A stretch of 64,000 nt of DNA from Anaerolineae bacterium (GCA_027021705.1 JALUTT010000085.1:21526-85525); one strand, 5' to 3'; shown: positions 11,672 through 21,919, counted from the stretch's first letter. Program-made: numbers and translations. The notes: generated from the letters alone by a model not told the origin.

Positions 11672-12078
11672 CCCTGCCAGAAGTCATCGGGTAGCTTCCG
11701 CAACACTACTTCGCGCACTTGATAGGCGATCTCTACAGCTTCTTGGGCATCCTCCAATAGAGGTGCCTCAAACTCAGGATAGCGGGCTTCCACTGCATAA
11801 GGCGTTAGCACCGCAGCGATGTCCTGCAATGCCAGCCACTCGACATCTTGTTGGCCCGCCAGCAGGACCAAGTCCTCCAGGGCGTGAGTTCGAGGGAAAG
11901 GAACGCCCTTCCACACCAGATAGGCTTTCAGGTACTTCTCTGCAGCCTGCTGAGCGTGAAAGCAAACAATGTCTGTGAACGGTTGAGGCGAGGCGAGGGC
12001 CATCTCGGCGGTCGCCAGATCACGTCTGGCCTTCTCGAGCCACCTCTGCACCAGATCGCCTTTCTCCCGTCTTCTCAT
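11668..12078 (-). CDS. HEPN domain protein (MNT-HEPN pair)
   Basis: WLEKARRDL...CFHAQQAAEKYLKAYL...RTHAL...YAVEARYP. Confidence 0.92.
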   Translation of the reverse strand: MRRREKGDLVQRWLEKARRDLATAEMALASPQPFTDIVCFHAQQAAEKYLKAYLVWKGVPFPRTHALEDLVLLAGQQDVEWLALQDIAAVLTPYAVEARYPEFEAPLLEDAQEAVEIAYQVREVVLRKLPDDFWQG

Positions 12079-12433
12079 AAAGGCGCTTGCCCTCCCGCAC
12101 AACTGTTGTGATAAAGGCCTCGGGAACCTCACTCCAGGCCTCGATCTCGTCCGGCGTGTACACCAGAATGTCCTTGGGAATGAGAAGCCCGGCCAGGGCA
12201 CGGTAAACAGGGATCGCCCGCTTATACCGAGGCAGCCGAGACTCCATCACAACCAAGATGTCCAAATCGCTTTGCCGATGGGGTGTTCCTCGACCGTGGG
12301 AACCGAAGAGGATGATGGACTCCGGGTCCACCGCGTCCACGATCCGGCGCACCACCTCCCGGAGGACGGCCTCGTCCACCTGCTGAACCCACCGCACCGA
12401 GGGCTGGTCCTGGTGAGCACTTCCCTCCGCCAT
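12020..12433 (-). CDS. Minimal nucleotidyltransferase (MNT)
   Basis: IILFGSHGRG...SDLDILVV, DILVYTPDE, REGKRLYE; GGAGAG RBS; overlaps the HEPN gene. Confidence 0.92.
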   Translation of the reverse strand: MAEGSAHQDQPSVRWVQQVDEAVLREVVRRIVDAVDPESIILFGSHGRGTPHRQSDLDILVVMESRLPRYKRAIPVYRALAGLLIPKDILVYTPDEIEAWSEVPEAFITTVVREGKRLYEKTGERRSGAEVAREGQT

Positions 12434-12459
12434 CGGCCTCTCTCCTAAGCCTCCACCGT

Positions 12460-13494
12460 TCACCCCAGCAGCGCCAGCACCCCGGCCGTGACGATGACGT
12501 TGAGCAGAGCCAGAGGGAGCAACACCTTCCACCCAAAGGCCATCAGCCGGTCGTAGCGGAAGCGGGGCAGGGTGGCCCGCAGCCAGACCATCACCACCAG
12601 GAGCACCAGGACCTTGGCCGTGAACCAGAGGGGGGATAGCCAGGTGAAGCCACCGATGGCTTCCCACAATCCTCGCAACAGGTTGGGGAAAGGCGGTAGC
12701 CAACCGCCGAAGAAAAGGGTCACGGCCAGCCCGCTCACCCCGATCATCTTCACGTACTCGGCCATGAAGAAGAGGGCGAACTTCATCCCGCTGTACTCGG
12801 TGTGGTAGCCGGCCGTCAACTCCTGCTCCGCCTCGGGCATGTCGAAGGGCGCTCGGTTGACCTCGGCCAGCCCGGTGAGGATGAAGACGACGGCGGCCAC
12901 CGGCTGCAGGAAAGCGTACCAGACGCCCCCTTCCATCTGGCGGCGAACGATCTCGTGCATGCTCATCGAGCCGGCCAGGAGCAGCACCCCCAGGATGGCC
13001 AGCCCCATCGCCAGCTCATAGCTGATCATTTGGGCCGAGGAGCGGAGCCCCCCCAACAGCGGGTACTTGCTGTTGGAGGCCCAGCCGGCCAGGACGATCC
13101 CGTAGACGCTGATGGAGGTGATGGCGAGCACGTAGAGGATGCCCACGTTGATGTCGGTGATGGCGAAGGAGATGGAGCGTCCGAAGAGCGTCACCTGCCC
13201 TCCGATGGGGACGACGGCCAGCAGGATGAGGGCCGGCACCACGGTGATGACGGGGGCCAGGGTGAAGAGCGTCTTGTCGGCCTGGGCCGGAGCTACCTCT
13301 TCCTTGAAGAGCAGCTTGATGCCGTCGGCCACCGGCTGGAGCAGTCCGAAGGGACCGACTCGGTTGGGGCCGTAGCGCACCTGGAAGCGAGCCACCATCT
13401 TGCGCTCGATCCAGGTCATGTAGGCGAACCCGGTCAACAGCAGCACAATGAGGATGATGCTCTTGATCGTGGCCTCGATGATCAGGGCGGTCAT
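12460..13494 (-). CDS. nuoH: NADH-quinone oxidoreductase subunit H
   Basis: ERK...QVRYGPNRVGPFGLLQPVADGIKL and NRAPFDMPEAEQEL. Confidence 0.97.
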   Translation of the reverse strand: MTALIIEATIKSIILIVLLLTGFAYMTWIERKMVARFQVRYGPNRVGPFGLLQPVADGIKLLFKEEVAPAQADKTLFTLAPVITVVPALILLAVVPIGGQVTLFGRSISFAITDINVGILYVLAITSISVYGIVLAGWASNSKYPLLGGLRSSAQMISYELAMGLAILGVLLLAGSMSMHEIVRRQMEGGVWYAFLQPVAAVVFILTGLAEVNRAPFDMPEAEQELTAGYHTEYSGMKFALFFMAEYVKMIGVSGLAVTLFFGGWLPPFPNLLRGLWEAIGGFTWLSPLWFTAKVLVLLVVMVWLRATLPRFRYDRLMAFGWKVLLPLALLNVIVTAGVLALLG

Positions 13495-13508
13495 CGTGAC
13501 TCCTCGGA

Positions 13509-16058
13509 TCAGCGGGGGCTCACGGCCTCCCTTGGGCGCTCGCGGAGGTCTATGAGCCGGGGCTTGAGGACGGTCGAACGGTTGATCAGCGTGCCGGCCC
13601 GCATCAGGCGGCGCACCGGGACGGTCTCAGGGGGCCGGGCCGGAGGCACCGGCAGGGGAACCCAGGCCGGACGCGCCAGGGTGGGGTCCTGCTCCACCAG
13701 CGAAGGCCAGCGGCAGCCCAACCCCCCTTCGTTCTGGTAGGCCGTGCCGCTGAAGTAGAGGTCCTCCCGGCCCACGGGAGGCCACTGGGGCTCGGTCTCG
13801 GCCAGCCGCTCGTAGCTCAGGCCGGCGTAGATGGGCACCGCCGAGACCAGGGCTTGGAAGACTTCCTCGGCCGTTCGGTAAGGCCAGTCCAGCCCCAGAC
13901 GGCGGCCCAGCCGGGTCAGGATCTGCCAATCGGGACGCCCCTCACCCAGCGGGGGCAGGGCTTGGTAGAAACGCTGCACCCGTCGGTCGCCGCTGGTGTA
14001 GGTTCCCTCCTGCTCGGCGAAGCTGAGGGCCGGCAGCACCACGTCGGCTCGGCGGGCGGTCTCGGTCAGGAAGAGTTCCTGCACCACCAGGAAGTCTAGC
14101 TTCTCCAGAGCGTCGGCGGTGCCCGGGTCGTCGCCGACCGGGTCGGCCGCGGCGATGAGCATCCCCTTCAGGTCGCCCGCCCGGGCTGCGGCCAGCATCC
14201 CGGTGAAGCCCAGACCGGCCTCCTCCGCAGGCCGATAGCCGGGCAGCCGGACGGGGCAGAGGCCCAGGTCCTGAGCGCCCTGGGTGTTGTTGTGGGGCCA
14301 GAGAGGAAGCAGGCCGCTGTCGGGCTCCCCGGCGTGACCGGTGACGATGAGCAGGTTGGCCGCCATCTGGACCAGCGCCTCGGTCGCCTCGGGGGCCATC
14401 CCCTCACTCCCGAAGAGGATGACCAGCCGCTCCGCCTCGGCCACCGCCTGGGCTGCCGCCCGGACTTCCTCCGGCGCGACGCCGGTCTGCCGGGCCAGCT
14501 CCTCCCCATCCTGCTCGGCCAGGCGGGTCCGCAGCGTCTCCAGCCCCGGCAGAGGGGGGTTGCCCACCGCCGGAACCGCCTCCCCCTCCGGCCGGGGTTC
14601 GGGGACGAGGAGCACCCTCAGCAGGGCGGCCAGCAAGTGGGGGGCCGTGCCGTAGTGGTAGCGGAGCCGATGGACGGCAGAGCGGTCCAGCCGGGTGGCG
14701 CGGGCGTTGGCGACGATGAGCCGGGCCCCCCGCCGGACGGCTCCCCTCACCCGCAGGAACCAGATGGGGGCCGCTTCGTGGGGATCGCCGGCGACCACCA
14801 GGATGGTCGTTCCCCGGCCCCAACGTCCGAAGTCGCTCTCCTGGGGCAATCCGAACCGGGCGACTCCCTCGGCGCCGGCGACGGCGGGGTAGCCGTCCAC
14901 GTGGGGCGTGCCCAGCCCCTGGCGCAGCAGGGCCTGGAAGAGGAAGAGGTCTTCGTTGCTCAGCCGGTCGCCGGCCACCCCTCCCAGCGCTTCGGAGCCG
15001 TGGGCCTCCTTGATCTCTTGGAGCCGTTGGGCTACCAGGTCCAGGGCTTCCTTCCAGGTGGCCGGCCGGAGCTCCCCATCGCGCCGGATGAGGGGGGTCT
15101 GCAAGCGGTCCTCGGCCCGGGCGTGGTGGTGACCGAAGCGCCCCTTGTCGCAGATCCAGATCTCGTTGACCTGCTCGTTCTGGCGGGGCATCACCCGCTT
15201 GATGACGGGAACGCCGCGCCTGCCCTCCAGCCGGGTGTCCAGCGTCAGGTTGCAGCCCACCGGACAGTGGGGGCAGATGCTGGGCGTGCGGGTCAGCTCC
15301 CAGGGACGTGCACCGAAGCGGAAATCGGCGCTGGTCAGCGCTCCCACGGGGCAGATGTCCGTGGTGTTGCCGGAGAAGATGCTGTCGAAGGGCGGGTCGG
15401 AGTGGGTGATGACCTGGGCGTGGCGTCCCCGGTGGAAGAAGGCGAGCACCGGGTCGCCGGCGATCTCCTCCTGGAAGCGGATGCAACGACCGCAGAGGAT
15501 GCACCGCTCTCGGTCCAGGATGATCAGGTCGCCCAGGGGGACCCGCTTGTCCAGGTGCATCTTGTCGGCGTAGTCGAAGCGGCTGACGGTGGGGCCGTGG
15601 GCCAGCGTCAGGTTCTGGAGCGGGCACTCCCCGCCTTTGTCGCAGATGGGGCAGTCCAGGGGGTGGCTGGTCAGCAGGAACTCCAGGATCTCCTGGCGGG
15701 CCTCGATGACCGCCTCGGTGTTGGTGCGGACGACCAGGCCGTCCATCGCCCGCAGGGTACAGGCGGTCTGGAGCTTGGGAAACCAGCGGATGCGGGGGTT
15801 TCCGTCCTCATCCCGCTGGATCTCGCCGGTCTCCCGGTCGCGCATCACCGTGCCGGCCTCCACCAGGCACATCCGGCAGGCTCCGGCCGGCTCCAGCTTG
15901 GGGTGGTAGCAGAAGACGGGGACCTGGATGCCCAGCTTCCTGACCGCATCCACCACCGGAGTCCCGGCGGGCACGCTGATGGTCTGGTCGTCAATGGTCA
16001 GCGTTACCAGCTTATCATTGTGCATCGTTCTCAGGAGCCTTTCTGTGGATTTGGGCAC
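13509..16058 (-). CDS. nuoG: NADH-quinone oxidoreductase subunit G (start may be the ATG at 16025)
   Basis: FCYHPKL..GACRMCLV, HPLDCPICDKGGECPLQ, CILCGRC and CPHCPVGC Fe-S motifs. Confidence 0.96.
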   Translation of the reverse strand: MPKSTERLLRTMHNDKLVTLTIDDQTISVPAGTPVVDAVRKLGIQVPVFCYHPKLEPAGACRMCLVEAGTVMRDRETGEIQRDEDGNPRIRWFPKLQTACTLRAMDGLVVRTNTEAVIEARQEILEFLLTSHPLDCPICDKGGECPLQNLTLAHGPTVSRFDYADKMHLDKRVPLGDLIILDRERCILCGRCIRFQEEIAGDPVLAFFHRGRHAQVITHSDPPFDSIFSGNTTDICPVGALTSADFRFGARPWELTRTPSICPHCPVGCNLTLDTRLEGRRGVPVIKRVMPRQNEQVNEIWICDKGRFGHHHARAEDRLQTPLIRRDGELRPATWKEALDLVAQRLQEIKEAHGSEALGGVAGDRLSNEDLFLFQALLRQGLGTPHVDGYPAVAGAEGVARFGLPQESDFGRWGRGTTILVVAGDPHEAAPIWFLRVRGAVRRGARLIVANARATRLDRSAVHRLRYHYGTAPHLLAALLRVLLVPEPRPEGEAVPAVGNPPLPGLETLRTRLAEQDGEELARQTGVAPEEVRAAAQAVAEAERLVILFGSEGMAPEATEALVQMAANLLIVTGHAGEPDSGLLPLWPHNNTQGAQDLGLCPVRLPGYRPAEEAGLGFTGMLAAARAGDLKGMLIAAADPVGDDPGTADALEKLDFLVVQELFLTETARRADVVLPALSFAEQEGTYTSGDRRVQRFYQALPPLGEGRPDWQILTRLGRRLGLDWPYRTAEEVFQALVSAVPIYAGLSYERLAETEPQWPPVGREDLYFSGTAYQNEGGLGCRWPSLVEQDPTLARPAWVPLPVPPARPPETVPVRRLMRAGTLINRSTVLKPRLIDLRERPREAVSPR

Positions 16059-16071
16059 GCACTTTGTCCGT

Positions 16072-17334
16072 TCACCGCCCCGCTTTCACCTTCGCCTCGT
16101 ACTCCTCCCGCCAGTGCTTGAAGCTGGAGAGGACGGGGCTGGTGGCGAACTCGCCCAGCAGGCAGAAGGTCTTGCCCTGAATCTGACGGGCAACGTCTTC
16201 CAGGATCTCGATCTCCCGGCGGGTAGCAGTGCCCGCAGCGATCTTCTCGTAGAGACGGAGCATCCAGTAGGTTCCCTCGCGGCAGGGCGTGCACTTGCCA
16301 CAGGACTCGTGCTCGAAGAAGGCGGTCATCCGATGGGCCGCCCAGACGATGTCCACCGTCTCGTCCAGCACGATGACGGAGGCCGATCCCAGCATCGAGC
16401 CCGCCTGCTGGACCGATTCGTAGTCCAACGGGGTGTCCAGCACCTCCTCGGTGGCCGGCAGGAGGGGCGCCGAAGCACCGGCGGGCAGGATCGCCTTCAC
16501 CGCCCGTCCCCCGGGCACCCCGCCCCCCAGTTCGTAGATGAGCCGGCGGAAGGTGACCTTGCCCAGCTCGATCTCGTAGTTGCCCGGACGGTTCACCCGC
16601 CCGCTCAGGCAGACGATCTTGGGGCCCGGGCTCTTCTCCGTGCCCATCTGCCGGTACCAGTCCGCCCCGTTGAAGATGATGGGAGGCACGTTGGCAAGGG
16701 TCTCCACGTTGTTGATCACCGTCGGCTTGCCGTACAGCCCCACCGAGGCGGGGAAGGGGGGGCGCAGCCGGGGCTGGCCCAGCTTGCCTTCCAGGGAGTT
16801 GAGCAGCGCCGTCTCCTCCCCGCAGATGTAGGCCCCCGCCCCCAGGTGGACCACCAGCTCCAGGCTGAAGTCGGTCCCCAGGATGTGGCGGCCCAAATAG
16901 CCGGCGGCGTAAGCCTGGTCCACCGCCCGCTGCAGGACCTGAGCGGGCTGGTAGAACTCCCCCCGGCAATAGATGTAGGCCCGCTCGGCCTGGACGGCGT
17001 AGGCGGTCAGGATGGTCCCCTCGATCACCTGGTGGGGGTTCCCCTCCAGCAATTGCCGGTCCTTAAAGGTCCCCGGCTCGCTTTCGTCGGAGTTGACGAC
17101 GACGTACTTGGGGAAGACATCCTTGGGCACGAAGCCCCACTTGACGCCGGTGGGGAAGCCGGCCCCACCCCGCCCGCGCAGCCCCGACGCCTTGACGACG
17201 TTGATCACCTCGTCGGGCGTCATCTCCGTCAGGGCCTTGCGCAGGGCAGCGTAGCCCCCGTGGGCCTCGTAGACCTCCAGATCGCGGATGTTGGGAACGT
17301 CACGGTCGCGCAGCAGAACGTGCGGTTGCAGCAT
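16072..17334 (-). CDS. nuoF: NADH-quinone oxidoreductase subunit F
   Basis: SGLRGRGGAGFPTG, DESEPGTFKDR, GAGAYICGEETAL, ESCGKCTPCREG. Confidence 0.97.
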   Translation of the reverse strand: MLQPHVLLRDRDVPNIRDLEVYEAHGGYAALRKALTEMTPDEVINVVKASGLRGRGGAGFPTGVKWGFVPKDVFPKYVVVNSDESEPGTFKDRQLLEGNPHQVIEGTILTAYAVQAERAYIYCRGEFYQPAQVLQRAVDQAYAAGYLGRHILGTDFSLELVVHLGAGAYICGEETALLNSLEGKLGQPRLRPPFPASVGLYGKPTVINNVETLANVPPIIFNGADWYRQMGTEKSPGPKIVCLSGRVNRPGNYEIELGKVTFRRLIYELGGGVPGGRAVKAILPAGASAPLLPATEEVLDTPLDYESVQQAGSMLGSASVIVLDETVDIVWAAHRMTAFFEHESCGKCTPCREGTYWMLRLYEKIAAGTATRREIEILEDVARQIQGKTFCLLGEFATSPVLSSFKHWREEYEAKVKAGR

Positions 17335-17361
17335 GCCTTTCTCCCTGCCGGGTATCCCCTA

Positions 17362-17919
17362 TTACCCTGTCGCCCCCCGACCTTCCTCTTCTGAGAGCTC
17401 CGGTTCCAGCCCAACCACCCCCGGGATGCGCCCGTCGGCGGAGGGCATCCCCTCCGTCCGCAGCCGCTCGATCAGGGCGTCGAAGGCCTCCGGCGTCAGG
17501 TTCTCGTGGTACTCCAGATTGATCTGGGCCACCGGTGCCCGATGGCAGGCGGCGATGCACTTCACCGTCTCCAGGGTGAAGAGGCCATCGGACGTCGTCT
17601 CCCCCGGACGGATGCCCAGGCGCCGACAGGCGTGCTCGACCAGATCATCGGCCCCTCGCAGGGCGCAGGGGAGGTCGTTGCAGATTTGGACGACGTACTT
17701 CCCCACCGGCCGCTCGTAGAGGAGCGTGTAGAAGCCCACGATGGACTTCACCGTCGTGGGGTCCAGGTCCAGCAGGTCGGCGACCTCCCGGATGCCTTCC
17801 TCGGTGCAGTAGCCGTGCTCTTTCTGCACCAGGTAGAGCAGGGGCAGGATGGCGGACTGCCGGTCGGGATAACGGGCCAGGATGGTTTCGATCTCACGGG
17901 CATACTTGTCGCGGATCAT
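17362..17919 (-). CDS. nuoE: NADH-quinone oxidoreductase subunit E
   Basis: CNDLPCALRG...KCIAACHRAP 2Fe-2S motif. Confidence 0.95.
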   Translation of the reverse strand: MIRDKYAREIETILARYPDRQSAILPLLYLVQKEHGYCTEEGIREVADLLDLDPTTVKSIVGFYTLLYERPVGKYVVQICNDLPCALRGADDLVEHACRRLGIRPGETTSDGLFTLETVKCIAACHRAPVAQINLEYHENLTPEAFDALIERLRTEGMPSADGRIPGVVGLEPELSEEEGRGATG

Positions 17920-17926
17920 CGCCCCC

Positions 17927-18742
17927 TCACTGCAGCGTCTCGGCCAGGAAAGCCTCCAGCAGGGCGGTCACCCGTTCGGGCTGCTCCAGGTTGCTGATAT
18001 GGCCGGCCTCGGGGATCACCTCCAGCCGGGCCCCGGGAATGGCCCGGGCCATCTCCTCCGCCTCGTGGGGCGGACGGGGGATGTCGTCGGCCCCCACGAC
18101 GACCAACGTCGGCGCTTGGATCTCCGGCAACCGGTCCAAGATCGAGATGCGGGAGAAGATGCCCCGCCCCACGGCCAGGACGCCGGGAATGCGCTCGGCC
18201 GGGATGGTCTGGAGATGCCGACGAAACCTGTCCACCAGGTCGGGCTTGTGCTCCATCGTGAGCGGTGAGAAGAAGAGGGAAACCACCGCCTCCAGGATCT
18301 GGGGAGGGAAGGCGCCGGCCTTCTCGATGACGTCCATCATCCCGAAGTAGCGGGTCCGGGTCTCCTCGGGCTCCGGCCCCACGTAGGTGTCCATCAGCAC
18401 CAGGGCCGCCACCGCCTCTGGATGGTTCAGCGCCAGATGGGCCCCCCACATCCCCCCCACCGAGAGGCCGATCACCGCAAAGCGCTCCAGCCCCAGCGCC
18501 TGGGCCAGCGCCCAGTGGTCCTCGGCCATCGCTTCAATGGCATAGGGGGTCTTCGGCGGGGGATCGGACTGCCCGTGGGCCCAGAGGTCGGGTACGATGC
18601 AGCGGTAGGACCGGGATAAAGCCGCCACCTGGGGCTCCCACATCCTCCGGTCCCACAGGTAGCTGTGCCCAAAGAGGAGGGGAAACCCCTCGCCCTGTTC
18701 CTCGTAGAAGATCCGCTGTCCCTTGATGGTGATGGATGGCAT
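17927..18742 (-). CDS. Alpha/beta-fold hydrolase (enol-lactonase-like)
   Basis: GLSVGG nucleophile elbow, DLWAHGQS, VVVGADD, AGHISNLEQP. Confidence 0.9.
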   Translation of the reverse strand: MPSITIKGQRIFYEEQGEGFPLLFGHSYLWDRRMWEPQVAALSRSYRCIVPDLWAHGQSDPPPKTPYAIEAMAEDHWALAQALGLERFAVIGLSVGGMWGAHLALNHPEAVAALVLMDTYVGPEPEETRTRYFGMMDVIEKAGAFPPQILEAVVSLFFSPLTMEHKPDLVDRFRRHLQTIPAERIPGVLAVGRGIFSRISILDRLPEIQAPTLVVVGADDIPRPPHEAEEMARAIPGARLEVIPEAGHISNLEQPERVTALLEAFLAETLQ

Positions 18743-18772
18743 CTTCCCTCTCCCGCGTATTTATTCGGCCTA

Positions 18773-18866
18773 CCCTCCCGCAGGTCACCGGTCGAGGGCG
18801 CTTTCAGCCCCGATGGCTATTGGAAGCACGGTTTCACGTCGGAAACGCGCCTAACCTGCGGGAGGG
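18773..18866. repeat. 94-bp element with 12-bp terminal inverted repeats (MITE/REP-like), copy 1
   Basis: CCCTCCCGCAGG (18773-84) and CCTGCGGGAGGG (18855-66); same ends and length as 62105-62198. Confidence 0.6.
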
Positions 18867-18985
18867 TGAACAGTTACTCTCCTGCGCTCTTGTGAAAGCC
18901 GGTCACGCCATCCTCCCCCGGGGCGCAACGTTTCAGCCCGCCGGCACGGTCAACCACGCCGGGGGAGGGCAACAGGGAAGGCCGG

Positions 18986-20233
18986 TCAGCGATCCGCCTC
19001 CCCCAGGACGATGTCAATGCTCCCGATGATGGCCACCAGGTCCGCCACCAGCCCCCCCTTGGCCATCAGGGGCAGGGCCTGCAGGTGGACGAAGGAGGGG
19101 GCGCGGAAGTGGACCCGGCGCGGCTTGCCGCTGCCGTCGGAGCTGATGTAGACGCCGAACTCCCCTCGAGGGGATTCCACCGCCTGGTAGACCTCGCCCT
19201 CCGGCGGCTTGAACCCCTCGGTCCAGAGCTTGAAGTGGTGGATCAGCGATTCCATACTGTAGGCCAGCTCTTCTTTGGGGGGCGGCGTCACCTTGCGGTC
19301 GGGGGTGCGCACCGGCCCGCCGGGCAGGTTGTCCAGAGCCTGCCGGATGATGCGCAGACTCTGGCGCATCTCGGCCAGCCGCACCCGGTAGCGGTCGTAG
19401 ACATCGCCGTTGCTGCCCACCGGCACCTCGAAGTCGAAGTGGTCGTAGCTGCTGTAGGGCATCGCCTTGCGCAAATCCCAGGCGATCCCCGTCGCCCGCA
19501 GGCTGGGGCCGGTCACCCCCCACTGGATGGCCTGCTCCTGGGTGATCACCCCAATGCCGATGGTGCGGTCCTTCCAGAGGGGGTTCTCCGTCAGCATCTC
19601 CTCGTACTCGTCCAGCCGCCGGGGGAGGTAATCCAGGAAGGCCCGCACGGCCCCCTCGAACTCCTCGGGCACGTCCCGCCACAGCCCGCCGACCCGGAAG
19701 AAGCTGGTCATCATCCGCTGGCCGGAGCAGATCTCGAAGATGTCCAGGACATGCTCCCGCTCTCGGAAGCAGTAGAGGAAGACGCTCATCGCCGCCAGGT
19801 CGAGGGCGCTGGTGGCCAGCCAGACCAGGTGGCTGGCGATGCGGGTCAACTCGGCCAGGATCACCCGGATGTACTGGGCTCGAGGGGGGACCTCCACGTC
19901 CATCAGCCGCTCGACGGCCAGGCAGTAGGCCAGGTTGTTGGAGAGGGGCGAGAGGTAGTCAATCCGGTCGGTGAGCGGGATCACCTTCTGGTAGGTGCGG
20001 TGCTCACAGCTCTTCTCGATGCCGGTGTGGAGGAAGCCGATGTCCGGGGCCACGTTGACCACCGTCTCCCCATCCAGCTCCAGCAGCAGCCGCAGGACGC
20101 CGTGGGTGCTGGGATGCTGAGGCCCCATGTTCAGCAACATTGTCTCCCCGGTCAGCGCCCGCTCGGAGACCAGGGTGCGCAACTGCTGCCAGGTCAGCTC
20201 GGTCAGTTGGGTTGCGTGCTCTGCTTCAGCCAT
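18986..20233 (-). CDS. nuoD: NADH-quinone oxidoreductase subunit D
   Basis: LNMGPQHPSTHGVLRL, IGFLHTGIEK, ESPRGE, IGSIDIVLGEADR. Confidence 0.97.
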   Translation of the reverse strand: MAEAEHATQLTELTWQQLRTLVSERALTGETMLLNMGPQHPSTHGVLRLLLELDGETVVNVAPDIGFLHTGIEKSCEHRTYQKVIPLTDRIDYLSPLSNNLAYCLAVERLMDVEVPPRAQYIRVILAELTRIASHLVWLATSALDLAAMSVFLYCFREREHVLDIFEICSGQRMMTSFFRVGGLWRDVPEEFEGAVRAFLDYLPRRLDEYEEMLTENPLWKDRTIGIGVITQEQAIQWGVTGPSLRATGIAWDLRKAMPYSSYDHFDFEVPVGSNGDVYDRYRVRLAEMRQSLRIIRQALDNLPGGPVRTPDRKVTPPPKEELAYSMESLIHHFKLWTEGFKPPEGEVYQAVESPRGEFGVYISSDGSGKPRRVHFRAPSFVHLQALPLMAKGGLVADLVAIIGSIDIVLGEADR

Positions 20234-20255
20234 TCCGATCCATCCTGGGTGGTGA

Positions 20256-20370
20256 GCCGATAAGGCGACAAGGTGATAGGGCAGTAAGGCAGTAAGGCGA
20301 CGAGACGATAAGGCAATAGGGCAATAAGGCGATAAGGCGATAGGGCGACGAGACGATGGGACGGCGAGAG
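20256..20370. repeat. Degenerate 8-bp tandem repeat (GGCRATAA/G-like) between nuoC and nuoD
   Basis: ccgataaggcgacaaggtgatagggcagtaaggcagtaaggcgacgagacgataaggcaatagggcaataagg... Confidence 0.8.
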
Positions 20371-20395
20371 CGCGCGGAGGGGGCCGGCAAGGGGC

Positions 20396-20902
20396 CTACT
20401 CCCGGGCAAAGGGCTTTTCGGCGTAGATACGGGCTTTGTTGAAGGAGTAGGCGATCTCTTCGACGACGACGGGGATCTCCTTGCGCAGCGGATGGCCCTC
20501 CCACTCGGCCGGCAGCAGGATGCGCCGGGGGTCGGGATGGCCCTCGAAGCGGATGCCCATCAGGTCGAAGGCCTCCCGCTCGTGCCAGTTGGCCCCCGGC
20601 CAGACGCCGGTCACGGTGGGCACCGCCGGGTCTTCTTCCTCGACGAAGACCTTGACCCGCAACCGTTGGCGGTGGTCCAAAGAGAGCAGGTGGTAGTTGA
20701 CGGCGAAGCGGGGGGTGCGGGGCAGGTAGTCCACGGCGCAGAGGTCGGCCAGCATGTTAAACCCCTCTTCGTCGCGCAGGTAGGTGCAGACCTCCACCAG
20801 CGCTTCTCGGGGCACCACCACCGTCGTCTCCCCTCGGAAGGTGATCACGTCCTGGATGGCTGTGGGAAACCGCTCTCGCAAGCGGGCGATCAGGGCTTCC
20901 AT
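20396..20902 (-). CDS. nuoC: NADH-quinone oxidoreductase subunit C
   Basis: ANWHEREAFDLMGIRFEGHPDPRRILLP..WEGHPLRK. Confidence 0.97.
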   Translation of the reverse strand: MEALIARLRERFPTAIQDVITFRGETTVVVPREALVEVCTYLRDEEGFNMLADLCAVDYLPRTPRFAVNYHLLSLDHRQRLRVKVFVEEEDPAVPTVTGVWPGANWHEREAFDLMGIRFEGHPDPRRILLPAEWEGHPLRKEIPVVVEEIAYSFNKARIYAEKPFARE

Positions 20903-20931
20903 AGCAGGCTCCTACGGGCTCCTGACGAATC

Positions 20932-21420
20932 CTACGAACGGGGTGTCTCGACCAGTTTCTCCCGGCGGATCTTCTCGTGCAGCTTCATGATGCCGTGGAT
21001 GAGGGCTTCGGGGCGCGGAGGGCAACCGGCCACATAGACATCCACAGGGACGATCTCGTCCACCCCCTGGACGATGGCGTAGTTGTTGAAGACGCCGCCA
21101 CAGGAGGCACAGTCCCCCATCGCGATGACCCACTTGGGCTCCGGCATCTGGTCGTAGAGGCGGCGCAGCACCGGCGCCATCTTCCGGGAGACCCGCCCGG
21201 CCACGATCATCAGGTCCGACTGGCGGGGGGAGGCCCGCATCAACTCCATCCCGAAGCGCGAGAGATCATAGCGGGAGGCCTGGGTCGCCATCATCTCGAT
21301 GGCGCAACAGGCCAGCCCGAAGAGCATCGGCCAGAGGGACCCGCTGCGGGCCCAGTTGACCGCTTGTTCCAACGTTGTGGTGACAACGCCCAACTGGCCC
21401 AGCCTGGACTCTAATCCCAT
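20932..21420 (-). CDS. nuoB: NADH-quinone oxidoreductase subunit B
   Basis: [34 protein letters not shown]. Confidence 0.97.
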   Translation of the reverse strand: MGLESRLGQLGVVTTTLEQAVNWARSGSLWPMLFGLACCAIEMMATQASRYDLSRFGMELMRASPRQSDLMIVAGRVSRKMAPVLRRLYDQMPEPKWVIAMGDCASCGGVFNNYAIVQGVDEIVPVDVYVAGCPPRPEALIHGIMKLHEKIRREKLVETPRS

Positions 21421-21773
21421 TCCAATCCCCCTTTCCGCCAGACGTAGACGTACCCAACCGTCAGGACCAGCATAAAGATCAGCATCTCAATGAAGAGGAA
21501 AGCGCGGGCCGAGAGGTTCATAAACAGGACCGCCCAGGGGTACATAAAGATGATCTCGATGTCGAACAGGATGAAGAGGACGGCGATCCGGTAGAAGCGG
21601 ATGTCAACCCGGCGCTGGGCCGGCCCGAAGGGCACCATACCCGACTCGTAGGGGGAGAGCTTGCGGGGGGTGGGGCGGCGGGGGCCGAAGAGGTTGCCCA
21701 ACACGATGACCAGACCGGCCAGCCCGAGGGCGAGAAGGATCAAGATGAGGATGGGAAGGTAGCCTTGCAGCAT
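21411..21773 (-). CDS. nuoA: NADH-quinone oxidoreductase subunit A
   Basis: [41 protein letters not shown]. Confidence 0.96.
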   Translation of the reverse strand: MLQGYLPILILILLALGLAGLVIVLGNLFGPRRPTPRKLSPYESGMVPFGPAQRRVDIRFYRIAVLFILFDIEIIFMYPWAVLFMNLSARAFLFIEMLIFMLVLTVGYVYVWRKGGLEWD

Positions 21774-21891
21774 GGGCCGGACGACTCCTTTTTGTGAGAG
21801 CGTGAACTGCCTGGCCTGGGGACGCTACCAAGAGGGCTATGTGGATAGCAATCGGCGCGTCGCGCGGGGCCACGGCGACGCGCACGAGCGA

Positions 21892-21919
21892 ATTTTATCA
21901 CAAAGTCGGGAGATGTCAA
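21892..21919 (-). promoter_or_regulatory. sigma70 promoter of the nuo operon
   Basis: Minus strand TTGACA-16 nt-TAAAAT with extended TG. Confidence 0.65.

Noticed and set aside
11668..12078. HEPN gene as a CRISPR ancillary nuclease
   Set aside because: It is a stand-alone HEPN paired with an MNT inside the nuo operon, 18 kb from cas10, with no CARF domain.
21886..21903. Rex operator at the nuo promoter
   Set aside because: TTGTGATAAAATTCGCTC matches only one half of TTGTGAA-N4-TTCACAA well.
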